A stretch of 64,000 nt of DNA from NCBI GenBank assembly GCA_963730605.1, contig CAVSSM010000011.1:67928-131927 (forward strand), in the 5' to 3' direction. Of the stretch, positions 29,550 to 38,979 are shown in pieces. Under the pieces are notes generated by a model, which was given only the letters and a program-made list of their open reading frames with translations, was not told where the DNA came from and made no database searches. Both the position numbers and the translations under genes were made by a program. How positions within the stretch are numbered: the first letter of the stretch is position 1; every line of letters starts with the position of its first letter. Source of the stretch: an uncultured Chlamydiae bacterium. GTDB lineage: Bacteria; Chlamydiota; Chlamydiia; Chlamydiales; SM23-39.

Positions 29550-30953
29550 ATGAAATTCGTCAATCGCCATAAAGAACTAGGTCGGCTGGAAAGGTTATTC
29601 CTCTCCCGCTCCGCAGGATTGGCTGTGATTTGGGGACGCCGACGCATAGGAAAGACACGCCTTTTATTAGAATGGACAGAGAAAAACAGGGGTATCTATT
29701 TTGTAGCAGATGAATCGTCTCCTTCTATTCAAAGAAAATTTCTTGCCTTGGCCATAGAACAGGCTTTGCCAGGGTTTTCAGAAGCTGAATATCCCGACTG
29801 GCAATCCCTATTTTTAAGATTGGCTCGCGATGCTGTCCAAGCAAAATGGAAAGGGCCCATTGTGATCGACGAATTACCTTACTTAATTTCTGGATCCCCG
29901 GAGCTCTCAAGCATTCTGCAAAAATTCATCGACCATGGAGCAAAAAAAGCAAATTTGGTCCTGGTGCTTTGCGGCTCTTCCCAGAGAATGATGCAAGGTG
30001 CTATTTTGGATGAATCGGCACCCCTTTATGGGCGGGCAGACGAACTGATCAAACTAGCGCCTATCGCTATTCGGTATATGAAAGAAGCCTTAAAGTTGAA
30101 AACCCCCAGAGCTCTTGTAGAATCTTATGCCGTCTGGGGAGGAATCCCTCGTTATTGGGATCTCGCGAGCAAAGTGGAGAGCGATCTTTACAAAACAATC
30201 GATCGCTTAGTGCTTGATCCCATGGGTCCTTTAAACGAAGAACCTCAGCGCCTTCTCTATGAAGAATCTCCTCCAGCCATCCACTTAAGGCCTATTTTAG
30301 ACGCCATTGGATTGGGGGCGAATCGCCTTTCTGAGGTGGCAGGCCGTATGGGGGTACCTACGACAGCGCTCGGCCGTTCGATTGAGCGACTCATAGAGTT
30401 AGATCTCATCCAACGAGAAGTCCCTTACGGAGCCGATCCTGAAAATTCCAAGAAGACGCTCTATAAAATTAAAGATCCTTTTCTCCGCTTCTGGTTCAAG
30501 GTAGTCGCCTCTAGGCGCAGCTTGTTTTCTCAGGTGTCCATTTCCGTTCGCCAGCAATGGCTGAAAGAGGGGTTGCCCGGCTTATTTGCTACAACCTGGG
30601 AAGAACTTTGCCGCTCAGCCGTTCCGATTCTCTCTGAAAAATGGGAAGCCATCTACGAGCCAGCTGGACGCTTTTGGCAAGGACAGGGCTCAGAATGGGA
30701 TGTTTTATCTCAATCTCCAGATGGCCGCCATTTCCTGATTGGCGAAGCAAAGTGGACGGAAAAAAAGCCATCAGCTCAATGGATTCAAAAGACCGTTCAA
30801 GAATTAAAAAACAAAGGAATTCCACCAGTGAAACGACATCCGAATGTACAGGTTCACTACGTCCTTTTCATCCCAGAAAAACCTAAACAAATCACACTCC
30901 CCTCAGACGTCCGCGTCGTAGAAGCCAAAGAACTCATCGCAGTTTTGCATTAA
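29550..30953 (+). CDS. Archaeal-type AAA+ ATPase with winged helix and C-terminal DUF234/PD-(D/E)XK-like domain
   Basis: FVNRHKEL, GRRRIGKT, IDELPYL, WGGIPRY, DPFLRFW, EWDV..IGEAKW. Confidence 0.85.
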   Translation: MKFVNRHKELGRLERLFLSRSAGLAVIWGRRRIGKTRLLLEWTEKNRGIYFVADESSPSIQRKFLALAIEQALPGFSEAEYPDWQSLFLRLARDAVQAKWKGPIVIDELPYLISGSPELSSILQKFIDHGAKKANLVLVLCGSSQRMMQGAILDESAPLYGRADELIKLAPIAIRYMKEALKLKTPRALVESYAVWGGIPRYWDLASKVESDLYKTIDRLVLDPMGPLNEEPQRLLYEESPPAIHLRPILDAIGLGANRLSEVAGRMGVPTTALGRSIERLIELDLIQREVPYGADPENSKKTLYKIKDPFLRFWFKVVASRRSLFSQVSISVRQQWLKEGLPGLFATTWEELCRSAVPILSEKWEAIYEPAGRFWQGQGSEWDVLSQSPDGRHFLIGEAKWTEKKPSAQWIQKTVQELKNKGIPPVKRHPNVQVHYVLFIPEKPKQITLPSDVRVVEAKELIAVLH

Positions 30954-30971
30954 GAGGAGATCTATACTGGA

Positions 30972-31149
30972 ATATACACAAATGACTTCAAAAGTTGGTT
31001 TCTGCCTTCGTCGGACAGCCACTGCCTTTGAGCCAGGCTTGCTGGCGCCGAAGCAGCTAAACTTAAAAAGTTTAGCGATGCAGGCGGGCTCAAATGCCGT
31101 GGCAAGGCAACGCAGTCGGAAACCAATTTTTGAGTTGATTTCGGTATAT
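30972..31149. mobile_element. 178-bp palindromic MITE-like element
   Basis: TIR ATATACACAAATGACTTCAAAAGTTGGTTTC / GAAACCAATTTTTGAGTTGATTTCGGTATAT; core at 31027-31094 shared with 46390-46460 and 58124-58229. Confidence 0.85.
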
Positions 31150-31185
31150 GCTCTCGAAGCATAAGATTGTTGAAGGAAGGACAAT

Positions 31186-31878
31186 ATGAAGGCAATCATG
31201 ACATGGGTAGTGGGCGTTTTTTGTACGTTTGGGTTACATTCCGTAGATGCTTATGACAATGGGGGTGCTTCATTTTATTCTCAGGCTTCTCAGGATCAAT
31301 TTGCCCACCTGTTACTTTACAAGCTACTTGACAAACAAGATGTTGGATACTATCTGGAAATCGGCGCAGGCGACCCCGTTAAAATTAATAACACTTATTT
31401 TTTTGAGAAAAATTATGGTTGGAAAGGGATCAGCATCGATCTTTCCTCCCAGCATGAAAAGGGGTGGCATGAAAAACGACAAAACCTGTTGCTCATCACC
31501 GATGCTACACGGGCTGATTACGATGCGATTTTATCTCCATTTCCTCGAATCATCGATTATTTATCTTTAGATACCGACTCTGATTACGATGTGATTCTTC
31601 GAAAGATTCCATTTCAGAATTATATTTTCAAGATCATTACGATTGAGCATGATTCCTATCGATTTGGAGATATGTATAAAGAAAGAGAGAGAGAAATTTT
31701 ATCTTCTCTGGGGTATTATTTACTGTGTCCCGATGTATCCATGGGGTGGAATATGTTTGAAGACTGGTGGATCCATCCAAGCGGTTTTGCAGAGCCAGCG
31801 CTTTCACTGCTCATGTCTTTGGATTTGAAAGCGAAGGAACATTTCCAGTTGATCAAGGCTTTGCACGAAATTTTATAA
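31186..31878 (+). CDS. FkbM-like methyltransferase family protein
   Basis: SQDQF, YLEIGAGDP..NNTYFFEKNYGWKGISID, IDYLSLD, IITIEH, FEDWW. Confidence 0.72.
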   Translation: MKAIMTWVVGVFCTFGLHSVDAYDNGGASFYSQASQDQFAHLLLYKLLDKQDVGYYLEIGAGDPVKINNTYFFEKNYGWKGISIDLSSQHEKGWHEKRQNLLLITDATRADYDAILSPFPRIIDYLSLDTDSDYDVILRKIPFQNYIFKIITIEHDSYRFGDMYKEREREILSSLGYYLLCPDVSMGWNMFEDWWIHPSGFAEPALSLLMSLDLKAKEHFQLIKALHEIL

Positions 31879-32255
31879 ACCCTGTCGCAACACATTTGGT
31901 AAACTGTTCGTTCACGAATGAAAATGCTCCGCAAAGGAAATGCACTTGAAAAAGTCAATGCCACGAGTCCAATTTGCCCGCCGTCAGTAAACCAAGTGGA
32001 GCATTTACATAGACCGCTGCTGAAAAAAAATGCAATTGCTCATAACTTTTAGAGCGAGTATGGATGGGATATGAACCTATCCTCCAATTCTTCACGATCC
32101 CTTTACGGCACGCTTTTGGGCGCTTTTCGCGCCTCCGCCCTCGTAAAGATCACCGTCCCGATATTTACTTCGGGCGGTCGACGACGAAAAATCGCCTCAA
32201 AATCGACCATAAATGAATCATTAAGAATTGGAGGATAGGTTCATGGAGGACACCT

Positions 32256-32420
32256 ATGCTATTTTGGGCTTTAATATTTTTGATCATCGCCATCATTGCA
32301 GGAATTTTCGGCTTTCGAGGCGTTGAAGGCATAGCAACGCAAATCGCGAAAATCCTTTTTTTCATCTTTTTGGTGGTTTTCCTGGTTTCGCTCATCATGT
32401 CTCTTATGCCCCGATCGTGA
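32256..32420 (+). CDS. Small membrane protein, DUF1328/UPF0391 (YtjA-like), 54 aa; not in the ORF track
   Basis: [55 protein letters not shown]. Confidence 0.88.
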   Translation: MLFWALIFLIIAIIAGIFGFRGVEGIATQIAKILFFIFLVVFLVSLIMSLMPRS

Positions 32421-32492
32421 AGCCCGATGCGCCCATTCAATGAGCTGTCAAGGAATTGACTTTTTTTCTTTATCTCTGATATAGCTTGGGTT

Positions 32493-33071
32493 ATGAAATT
32501 TTTTTTCTTGCTCTTTGTTTTTCCAATAGTTGCCGAGATGAAAGTGACGGCGTTTTCCGGAAGCTTGAGAAACGGCTCCTACAACAAGAAATTGATGCAG
32601 CAAGCCGTAAAATTTGCTGAGGAGATGGGGGCGACTGTCACCGTGGTCGATTTGAAGGATTATCCGATGCCTTTCTATGACGGTGATCTCGAAGCGTCGC
32701 AAGGCATGCCAAAAATGGCCAAGAAATTCCGCGACCTCCTCCTTGCAAGCGATGCTATCATCATCTCCACCCCCGAATATAATGGTTCGATTTCGGCCGT
32801 TTTAAAAAATGCGATCGATTGGTCCTCGCGCAGCGTTGAGGGAGGGGGTTCTTACGAGGCCTTCCAAGGAAAAAAATTTGCCATTATGAGCGCATCCCGT
32901 GGCAAGCGAGGCGGAGTAAGAGGGCTCGGCCACCTCCGCTTCATCCTCGAGGATCTTGGCGGCGAGGTGATCGACAAGCAGGTTTCATTCGGGAGCGTTA
33001 CCGATGGTTTTTTTGCTAAGAATGAATTCTCTTCTCTCAAAGAAGAGATCTCCCAGCTTATCAAACCTTGA
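32493..33071 (+). CDS. NADPH-dependent FMN reductase family protein
   Basis: SGSLRNGSYN, STPEYNGSISAVLKNAIDW. Confidence 0.9.
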   Translation: MKFFFLLFVFPIVAEMKVTAFSGSLRNGSYNKKLMQQAVKFAEEMGATVTVVDLKDYPMPFYDGDLEASQGMPKMAKKFRDLLLASDAIIISTPEYNGSISAVLKNAIDWSSRSVEGGGSYEAFQGKKFAIMSASRGKRGGVRGLGHLRFILEDLGGEVIDKQVSFGSVTDGFFAKNEFSSLKEEISQLIKP

Positions 33072-33125
33072 CCTTTTGCCACTGATCACTTAAAGTTTCC
33101 ACTCATCGCTTAAATTCGGTTCTCT

Positions 33126-34430
33126 ATGAAAAGTCTTTTCGCTTTTCTTCTTACGATTGCAGGGATCGTTCATGGGACGGATATCGTCTTCTGGCATGCT
33201 TTCGAAGGGTTTCTCTATGAGAAATTCGCTGAAGTCGTCGACGATTTCAACCATCAATCGAAAGGGTACCGGATCCAGCTTGTCTATAGCGGCAACTACA
33301 AAGAGACCTTTGAGAAAGGAGTGAAAGCGTACGAGGAAGGGAATCCTCCTCACATCATTCAGGTCTACGAAGTCGCCACTCAGACCATGATGCTCAAACC
33401 GGAGATGTTTATCCCCGTCGACAGCCTCCTTTCCAAATTTTTTAAGAAATTCGATACGGCCGTCTACATCGATGCCGTTAGGGACTTCTACTCGTCCGCC
33501 GAAGGAAAAATGTATTCCCTCCCATGGAATGCCTCGACCGGAATTCTCTTCTTCAACAAAGCCCATTTTAAAGAAGCCGGATTAGATCCCGATACGCCGC
33601 CGAAGACGTGGGAAGAGATGGAAGAAATGGGGATGAAACTGGTCAATGCCGGATACAAAGGCTTCACGACCGCTTGGCCTGCAGCTTATCATCTCGAGCA
33701 CATCTGCTGTTGGCATAACCTTCCCTTCGCGACTGAAGCCAACGGCTTTTTAGGGCTCTCAGCAAGGCTTTGTTTCAATGGACCCTGCCAAATCCGCCAC
33801 CTCGATAAACTGACCCAGTGGCAAAAGAAGGGGATTTTCAGTTACCAAGGGCGCTTCACGAATGAGCCCGAAAAATTTTTTACGGAAGGGTCCTCCGCGA
33901 TCCTTCTCCAGGGGTCCAACCGATACCCCATGTTAAAAAAGGCGCTCGCCCAACCGATCGGCGTGGGATTCTTGCCCTATTGGAAAGACATCCAGGGCGC
34001 GCCTTACCGTCTCAATATCGGCGGCTCCTCATTTTGGGCGCTCAATGGATTCGATGAGGACGTTTACCGCGGCGTTGCTCAATTTTTCTCCTATCTCTCT
34101 TTGCCGGAAGTGCAGGCCTATTGGCACCAGCAGACCGGATATCTCCCCATCACGGAATCAGCCTATTATCTCTCGAAGAAAAAAGGCTTTTACGAGCAAA
34201 ATCCGGCTGCGGAAATCGCTGTTTTGGAAGTCATGAACCAGAAAATTTCCCCCTATACGAAGGGAATCCGCCTCGGCAATTACACCTTGGTTCGGGAGCG
34301 GATCATCGACTACTTAGAAAAGGCCATCTTAGGAGAGTTGAGCCCAAAAGAAGCGCTTGACCGGGCCGTCAAGGATGGCAACGCCCTCCTTGACGAATTT
34401 GAGAAAGAACGCACCCGTAAACGTGCTTAA
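33126..34430 (+). CDS. ABC substrate-binding protein, UgpB-like (glycerol-3-phosphate)
   Basis: IVFWHA, PPHIIQVYEVATQTM, PPKTWEE, IGGSSFW, WHQQTGYLP. Confidence 0.82.
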   Translation: MKSLFAFLLTIAGIVHGTDIVFWHAFEGFLYEKFAEVVDDFNHQSKGYRIQLVYSGNYKETFEKGVKAYEEGNPPHIIQVYEVATQTMMLKPEMFIPVDSLLSKFFKKFDTAVYIDAVRDFYSSAEGKMYSLPWNASTGILFFNKAHFKEAGLDPDTPPKTWEEMEEMGMKLVNAGYKGFTTAWPAAYHLEHICCWHNLPFATEANGFLGLSARLCFNGPCQIRHLDKLTQWQKKGIFSYQGRFTNEPEKFFTEGSSAILLQGSNRYPMLKKALAQPIGVGFLPYWKDIQGAPYRLNIGGSSFWALNGFDEDVYRGVAQFFSYLSLPEVQAYWHQQTGYLPITESAYYLSKKKGFYEQNPAAEIAVLEVMNQKISPYTKGIRLGNYTLVRERIIDYLEKAILGELSPKEALDRAVKDGNALLDEFEKERTRKRA

Positions 34431-34439
34431 GACTGTCTC

Positions 34440-35834
34440 TTATCCTTTTTTTCTTTTGCGCCGATAGATGAAATAGAGGGGCGCGAGGCTGAAAATGACC
34501 ATGCTCACAATCAGGATCGATTCATAAGCAAAGACGCTTTGGAAAGGAACCTGCTCGGGTGGAAGAAACCCGAAAAAGATCACGGCAATGCAACTCAGAG
34601 CTCCGGGACCAGCAACTAGCCACATCCCTAACCGTTTTCCGGGAATTCGGAAAGAGCGCGCCACTTCCGGCTTATGTAAGTTAAGCTTGATCGCAGCGGC
34701 AAAGAGAGCGAGGTAGACAAGAAGCGCTAATTGGGCAGTGATGACCGAAAGAATCCAGTAGCTGCTGTTGACGGTCGGCATCAGGATAAAAAATAAAGAG
34801 AGAAGTGTAACCAGACAGGCTTGAGTCAAAAGGATACGGGTAGGGACGCCATATTTGTTGGTTTTGCTAAAGAATTTGGGCAGCATTCCGTCGCTGCTTG
34901 CGACGTGAAGCCCCTTTGTTGGGCCGATGATCCATGCGCCAACTCCGCTTAAAGATCCGAGAATAATGCAAAGCGCGATCAAGGGAAGAAGCCAGGAGAG
35001 ATTGTAGGTTTCGAAAAAGACCGTAAACGCTTGCATGATCCCTGTGGCAAGGCTTAATTCATGCTTCGGCACGACGACGGCGATCGCCAGCGACGCGAAG
35101 ATAATCGTAGAAAGAATGATGAGGGCGGAAATGAAAAGGGATCGGGGATAGTCTCTCACAGGATTGCGCATTTCGGCAGCATGAGCTGCGGCCATCTCGA
35201 GGCCAAGAAGCCCGAAGAGGACGTTCGTGAGGAAAGCTAGGTTCTCCGCCTGAGTTGCCCTTGGAAAGAACTGGGCCCAAGTAAATTGGATCTCCATAGG
35301 CTTGCCTTGAAAGACCCAAAGAGCCCCAAGCACGGTGATGAGAACCATCGGCAGGATGGTTCCAACGAGGGCGCCCACGGTGCTGAGCGCGCTCGATACT
35401 TTCATGCCAAAGCAATTGATCAATGTCGCAGCCCAAAACAAAATGAGGACGGAAACGCACATGTACAACTTGTTATTCGCCAGTTCGGGGTTGAAGAGAT
35501 AGGCGAAGATCCCCGCGATGAGGGCCATGATCGTAGGGTACCAAATGAGGTTGTAAATCCAGTTCAGCCAGATGACGACGAGGCTCCATTTTTTCCCGAA
35601 AGCCTCTCTGACCCAGATGTAGATGCCGCCTCGGTTCGGCCACCCGGTGCCAAGCTCAGCCGAGACCAAAGCCGTGGGGATAAAAAAGAAGAGAGCCATC
35701 AGCAAATAGAAAAAGACGAGGCTGAACCCGTAGACTGCAGAGAAAGTCAAAGTGCGGATGCTGTCGACCGCGATCACATTGATCATGACTAAATGGAATA
35801 AGCCAAGCGGCGCTTTAGGAGATATTGAGCTCAC
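34440..35834 (-). CDS. APC-family amino acid permease (GadC-like)
   Basis: ALVSAELGTGWP..GGIYIWVREAFG; about 12 TM segments. Confidence 0.88.
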   Translation of the reverse strand: MSSISPKAPLGLFHLVMINVIAVDSIRTLTFSAVYGFSLVFFYLLMALFFFIPTALVSAELGTGWPNRGGIYIWVREAFGKKWSLVVIWLNWIYNLIWYPTIMALIAGIFAYLFNPELANNKLYMCVSVLILFWAATLINCFGMKVSSALSTVGALVGTILPMVLITVLGALWVFQGKPMEIQFTWAQFFPRATQAENLAFLTNVLFGLLGLEMAAAHAAEMRNPVRDYPRSLFISALIILSTIIFASLAIAVVVPKHELSLATGIMQAFTVFFETYNLSWLLPLIALCIILGSLSGVGAWIIGPTKGLHVASSDGMLPKFFSKTNKYGVPTRILLTQACLVTLLSLFFILMPTVNSSYWILSVITAQLALLVYLALFAAAIKLNLHKPEVARSFRIPGKRLGMWLVAGPGALSCIAVIFFGFLPPEQVPFQSVFAYESILIVSMVIFSLAPLYFIYRRKRKKG

Positions 35835-35846
35835 GACACACCTAAT

Positions 35847-35878
35847 AAGAAAAAAGGCCGCTTTAGGAGGCGGCCCTT
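35847..35878 (-). terminator. Putative intrinsic terminator downstream of the porin gene
   Basis: Minus strand GGCCGC-CTCCTAAA-GCGGCC followed by a T run. Confidence 0.55.
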
Positions 35879-35923
35879 GTCAAATATGCTTCTTTAGAGA
35901 GGCAATCTCTCAACTGGTTCAAC

Positions 35924-36096
35924 TTAGGAACTGTCTAAAAATAAGTCGAACCATTTCACGGCCATTATAACGGCTCATCTGTCAGACGGCAATGGCTCAG
36001 TTATATTGCTTGAACATGGACCTCGCCATTGCCGCAGACATCTGAGCCCTTCTAAGAACCGTGCAACGGTTCACTTTATTCTTAGACAGTTCCTTA
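35924..36096. mobile_element. 173-bp palindromic MITE-like element with TTA direct repeats; abuts the porin stop
   Basis: TTA-GGAACTGTCTAA...TTAGACAGTTCC-TTA; inner IR GGCAATGGC / GCCATTGCC. Confidence 0.85.
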
Positions 36097-37230
36097 GAAA
36101 TCGAACCGCGCAGAGGCTGTCAAGCCATGCAGATGCAAATCGCCAGGGAAATCGACGAATCCCTGGAGATAGGTGGTAAATAGGCGCATGACATTTTGTT
36201 CCCAAAGGAGCATGAAGTCATAGCGAATGGAAAAGTCGATGTGATAGTTATTGCAGCTGGAGTATTGTCCCCAACCAAGTCCCACTCCCAATTCGGCAAT
36301 AGGACGCACGGCGCCGATACTCTGAACCCTAGTGGTGACTGCCCCGCCTGTTGCGGTATCCTGTTCTTTATGAGAAAGGTTGTGAAATCTCGTGTAAAGA
36401 AGGCTTCCCGCTGCTTTGCCCTCGAAACGAAATCCTGAAGTGCCTAGCATCCAATGCCCTGCTACCCCTGCATCGGGGCCGATGGCCCATGATTGGGATT
36501 TGACGTGGGCAAAGGGAACTCCCAAATTGATGTTCAGGTTTTGACGCAGGAGTAGCCCTCGCAGACCGGCAAAGGGATCGATTGTGACTTTGGTTCCTTG
36601 GTAGAACGGACGGCTGACCATGAGGTCCAAGATGTCTAAATTCATTCTCCAATGAGAACTCACTGAAGGCGCTGTTAGAGGTGTAGTAGTAAACCAATCT
36701 TGAGCGGTCCATGCTCCTGGAGCCCCTGAGGGGAGCGCCGGCGCCGTTTGAGCAGTAGAGGTTTTTTGATGCAGCCATGTGTATTCGGCCCAGCCTACCC
36801 ATCCATCGTAATTTGTGTTAAAGCCAACACCTGCCTTGAATCCGGGCTTGTATTTAAAGTCCTGGAAGGCGATGGCCCCTGGAAGCGGAGGAGTGGCGGT
36901 GCTACTTGGAAGAACGTGGGCTATGTCCATGGAATCCTGAGAAACGTGCCAATAGATAAAGCTGCCGAATACATCGAAATCCCATCCACGCACGTCTATT
37001 CCTGCGGGCGCATTGTACGCTGGGCAACAACATCTTTTCTCCATTGGGAGCGGATCTCCTGGCCCAACGTTGCAGCAAGGATTTTGCTTCTCATTGCAGT
37101 ATGGCTTTTCTTTTTCTTTAGGTTTTTCAACGCAGCGAGAAGCTTCTTTCTCTCTTTTGGCAATGTTTTGAGAAAAAAGCGCAGTGGCTGCGAAAATTGC
37201 AGCTGAACAAATGACGAAAACTCTTGTCAT
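36094..37230 (-). CDS. MOMP-like/Lpg1974-family outer membrane porin with Cys-rich N-terminus
   Basis: Signal peptide, PAYNAPA, FIYWH, YKPGFKAG, C-terminal DLHLHGLTASARFDF. Confidence 0.8.
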   Translation of the reverse strand: MTRVFVICSAAIFAATALFSQNIAKREKEASRCVEKPKEKEKPYCNEKQNPCCNVGPGDPLPMEKRCCCPAYNAPAGIDVRGWDFDVFGSFIYWHVSQDSMDIAHVLPSSTATPPLPGAIAFQDFKYKPGFKAGVGFNTNYDGWVGWAEYTWLHQKTSTAQTAPALPSGAPGAWTAQDWFTTTPLTAPSVSSHWRMNLDILDLMVSRPFYQGTKVTIDPFAGLRGLLLRQNLNINLGVPFAHVKSQSWAIGPDAGVAGHWMLGTSGFRFEGKAAGSLLYTRFHNLSHKEQDTATGGAVTTRVQSIGAVRPIAELGVGLGWGQYSSCNNYHIDFSIRYDFMLLWEQNVMRLFTTYLQGFVDFPGDLHLHGLTASARFDF

Positions 37231-37339
37231 AGATTTTCTTTCCTCTAAATACAAGCGTGATTTTTATTTATTCGACAAATTTTTTTCAAGTTTTTTATGG
37301 CAAAGCCAAGGTTGTCTTGGAGAGAGGGTCGCTCACTCT

Positions 37340-38308
37340 TCAAAACGCCGGCAGGACGGCTCCCTTGTATTTATCTAAGATGAACTGACGCATTTTGTCC
37401 GAGGTCATCGCGGCCTTCAATGCTGCAATATCAGGGCGAGTTTCATCGCCGATGCGGATGGCAAGGATGTTGGCGTAGGGCGAATCCTTGCTTTCCAATG
37501 CCAAAGCGTCCGCTAAGGGAGAAAAGCCGGCTTCCAGAGCGTAATTCGTGTTGATGACTGCAGCTGCGACATCATCGAGGACGCGGGGCAGCATCGCCGC
37601 ATCGACTTCTATAAATTTAAAGTTCTTAGGGTTGTCTTTGATGTTCAAAACGGTGGCGGAGAGATTATTCGGGTCGTCGAGCTCGATCAGTCCCTCGGAG
37701 CGCAGCAAGAGCAACGCTCTTGCCTCATTAGTGGGATCGTTCGGGATCCCGATCTTCGCGCCATTTTGCAAATCCGCGAGCGTTGGGATTCTTTTCGAAT
37801 AGATTCCCATCGGCTCGATCTCGATTTTCGCGATCGACTCTATCGGATAATGGAACTGTTTGATCTGCTCGTCCATGAAAGGGATGTGTTGGAAAAAATT
37901 GGCCGCCACCTCCTTGTTTGCAAGCGCTCGGTTCGGAATGTTGTAGTCGTCCGTCACGATAATCTCGAGATCAAACCCTTGCGCTTTTAACTCAGGTTTT
38001 ACAAATTCCAGCATCTGGGCATGGGGAACCGGCGTCGCTGCGACTTTGAAAGCCCCTTTTTTTGAGCTGCTGCAGGCGGAAAGAGATAGAATGAGACAAA
38101 AGTAACCAAAAAGATGAGGCAGTTGCAAAACTCCACACCTGCGAAAAATCGATGATTTTGGCGACCTCTCGTCAGAACCGGCATGCCGGTTCTGACAGCA
38201 GCGACGAGACCATACTTGAGAAAGTAGGCGAGTCGCTGCTGCGACGAGGGGCGCCAAAAGGGCGGTTTTGCGCGGTGAAGAGTTTTGCAATTGGCTCAGA
38301 CGTTTCAT
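37340..38308 (-). CDS. metQ: Methionine ABC transporter lipoprotein; signal peptide interrupted by an in-frame element
   Basis: Lipobox LSAC, VAATPVPHA, NFFQH, PNDPTNEARAL, SPYAN. Confidence 0.93.
   Translation of the reverse strand: MKRLSQLQNSSPRKTALLAPLVAAATRLLSQVWSRRCCQNRHAGSDERSPKSSIFRRCGVLQLPHLFGYFCLILSLSACSSSKKGAFKVAATPVPHAQMLEFVKPELKAQGFDLEIIVTDDYNIPNRALANKEVAANFFQHIPFMDEQIKQFHYPIESIAKIEIEPMGIYSKRIPTLADLQNGAKIGIPNDPTNEARALLLLRSEGLIELDDPNNLSATVLNIKDNPKNFKFIEVDAAMLPRVLDDVAAAVINTNYALEAGFSPLADALALESKDSPYANILAIRIGDETRPDIAALKAAMTSDKMRQFILDKYKGAVLPAF
38115..38298. mobile_element. 184-bp palindromic element with GA/GA flanks, in frame in metQ
   Basis: TIR TGAGGCAGTTGCAAAACTC / GAGTTTTGCAATTGGCTCA; perfect palindrome GTCAGAACCGGCATGCCGGTTCTGAC at 38171-38196. 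Confidence 0.9.
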
Positions 38309-38979
38309 AATTTTCCTAAGGTTTTATTCACTGCGTAAACGGCGGCGTTGCCCGCCCATTGGATACATTGGACAAGTAAAATAAGAAGCGCGATGGTCGC
38401 AACCATGATCGGCGTGTTGAATCGGTTATAGCCGTATTGGATGGCGACCTGCCCAAGCCCTCCTCCGCCGACGAGGCCAGCCATGGCGCTGTACCCGACG
38501 AGGTTGACGAGCGTCAAGGTCATGCTTGAAATGAGCGAGGGAAGGGCTTCCGGCAAGAGAATTTTTAGGATGATTTGCCAGACGTTCGATCCCATGATGG
38601 TCCCTGCTTCGATGAGATGGCTATCGACCTCGGCGAGGTTCGCCTCGACGAGCCGGGCAAGGAAAGGAGCGGCTGCGAGAGATAGAGGGACGATCGAAGC
38701 GGTCGTGCCTAGACTGGTTCCAACGAGCCACCGGGTGAATGGGATGAGCGCGACCATGAGGATGGCAAAGGGGAAGGATCGCCCGATGTTGACGAGGGAC
38801 TCCAGCGTTTTATAGACCGGAAGATTTTGTTTCAGCCGCCCCTTCCCTGTGAGCACGAGAATCAGGCCGAGCGGCAGGCCGAGAAGGAGGCCGAAAAATG
38901 CGGAGGCAAAGACCATGTAGAGGGTGTTTCCTAGTTGAGAGGGGAGAAGTTGGAGGGCGAGGTCGAGGTTAGATTGCAT
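38305..38979 (-). CDS. metI: Methionine ABC transporter permease
   Basis: NIGRSFPFAILM, GYSAMAGLVGGGGLG. Confidence 0.93.
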   Translation of the reverse strand: MQSNLDLALQLLPSQLGNTLYMVFASAFFGLLLGLPLGLILVLTGKGRLKQNLPVYKTLESLVNIGRSFPFAILMVALIPFTRWLVGTSLGTTASIVPLSLAAAPFLARLVEANLAEVDSHLIEAGTIMGSNVWQIILKILLPEALPSLISSMTLTLVNLVGYSAMAGLVGGGGLGQVAIQYGYNRFNTPIMVATIALLILLVQCIQWAGNAAVYAVNKTLGKL

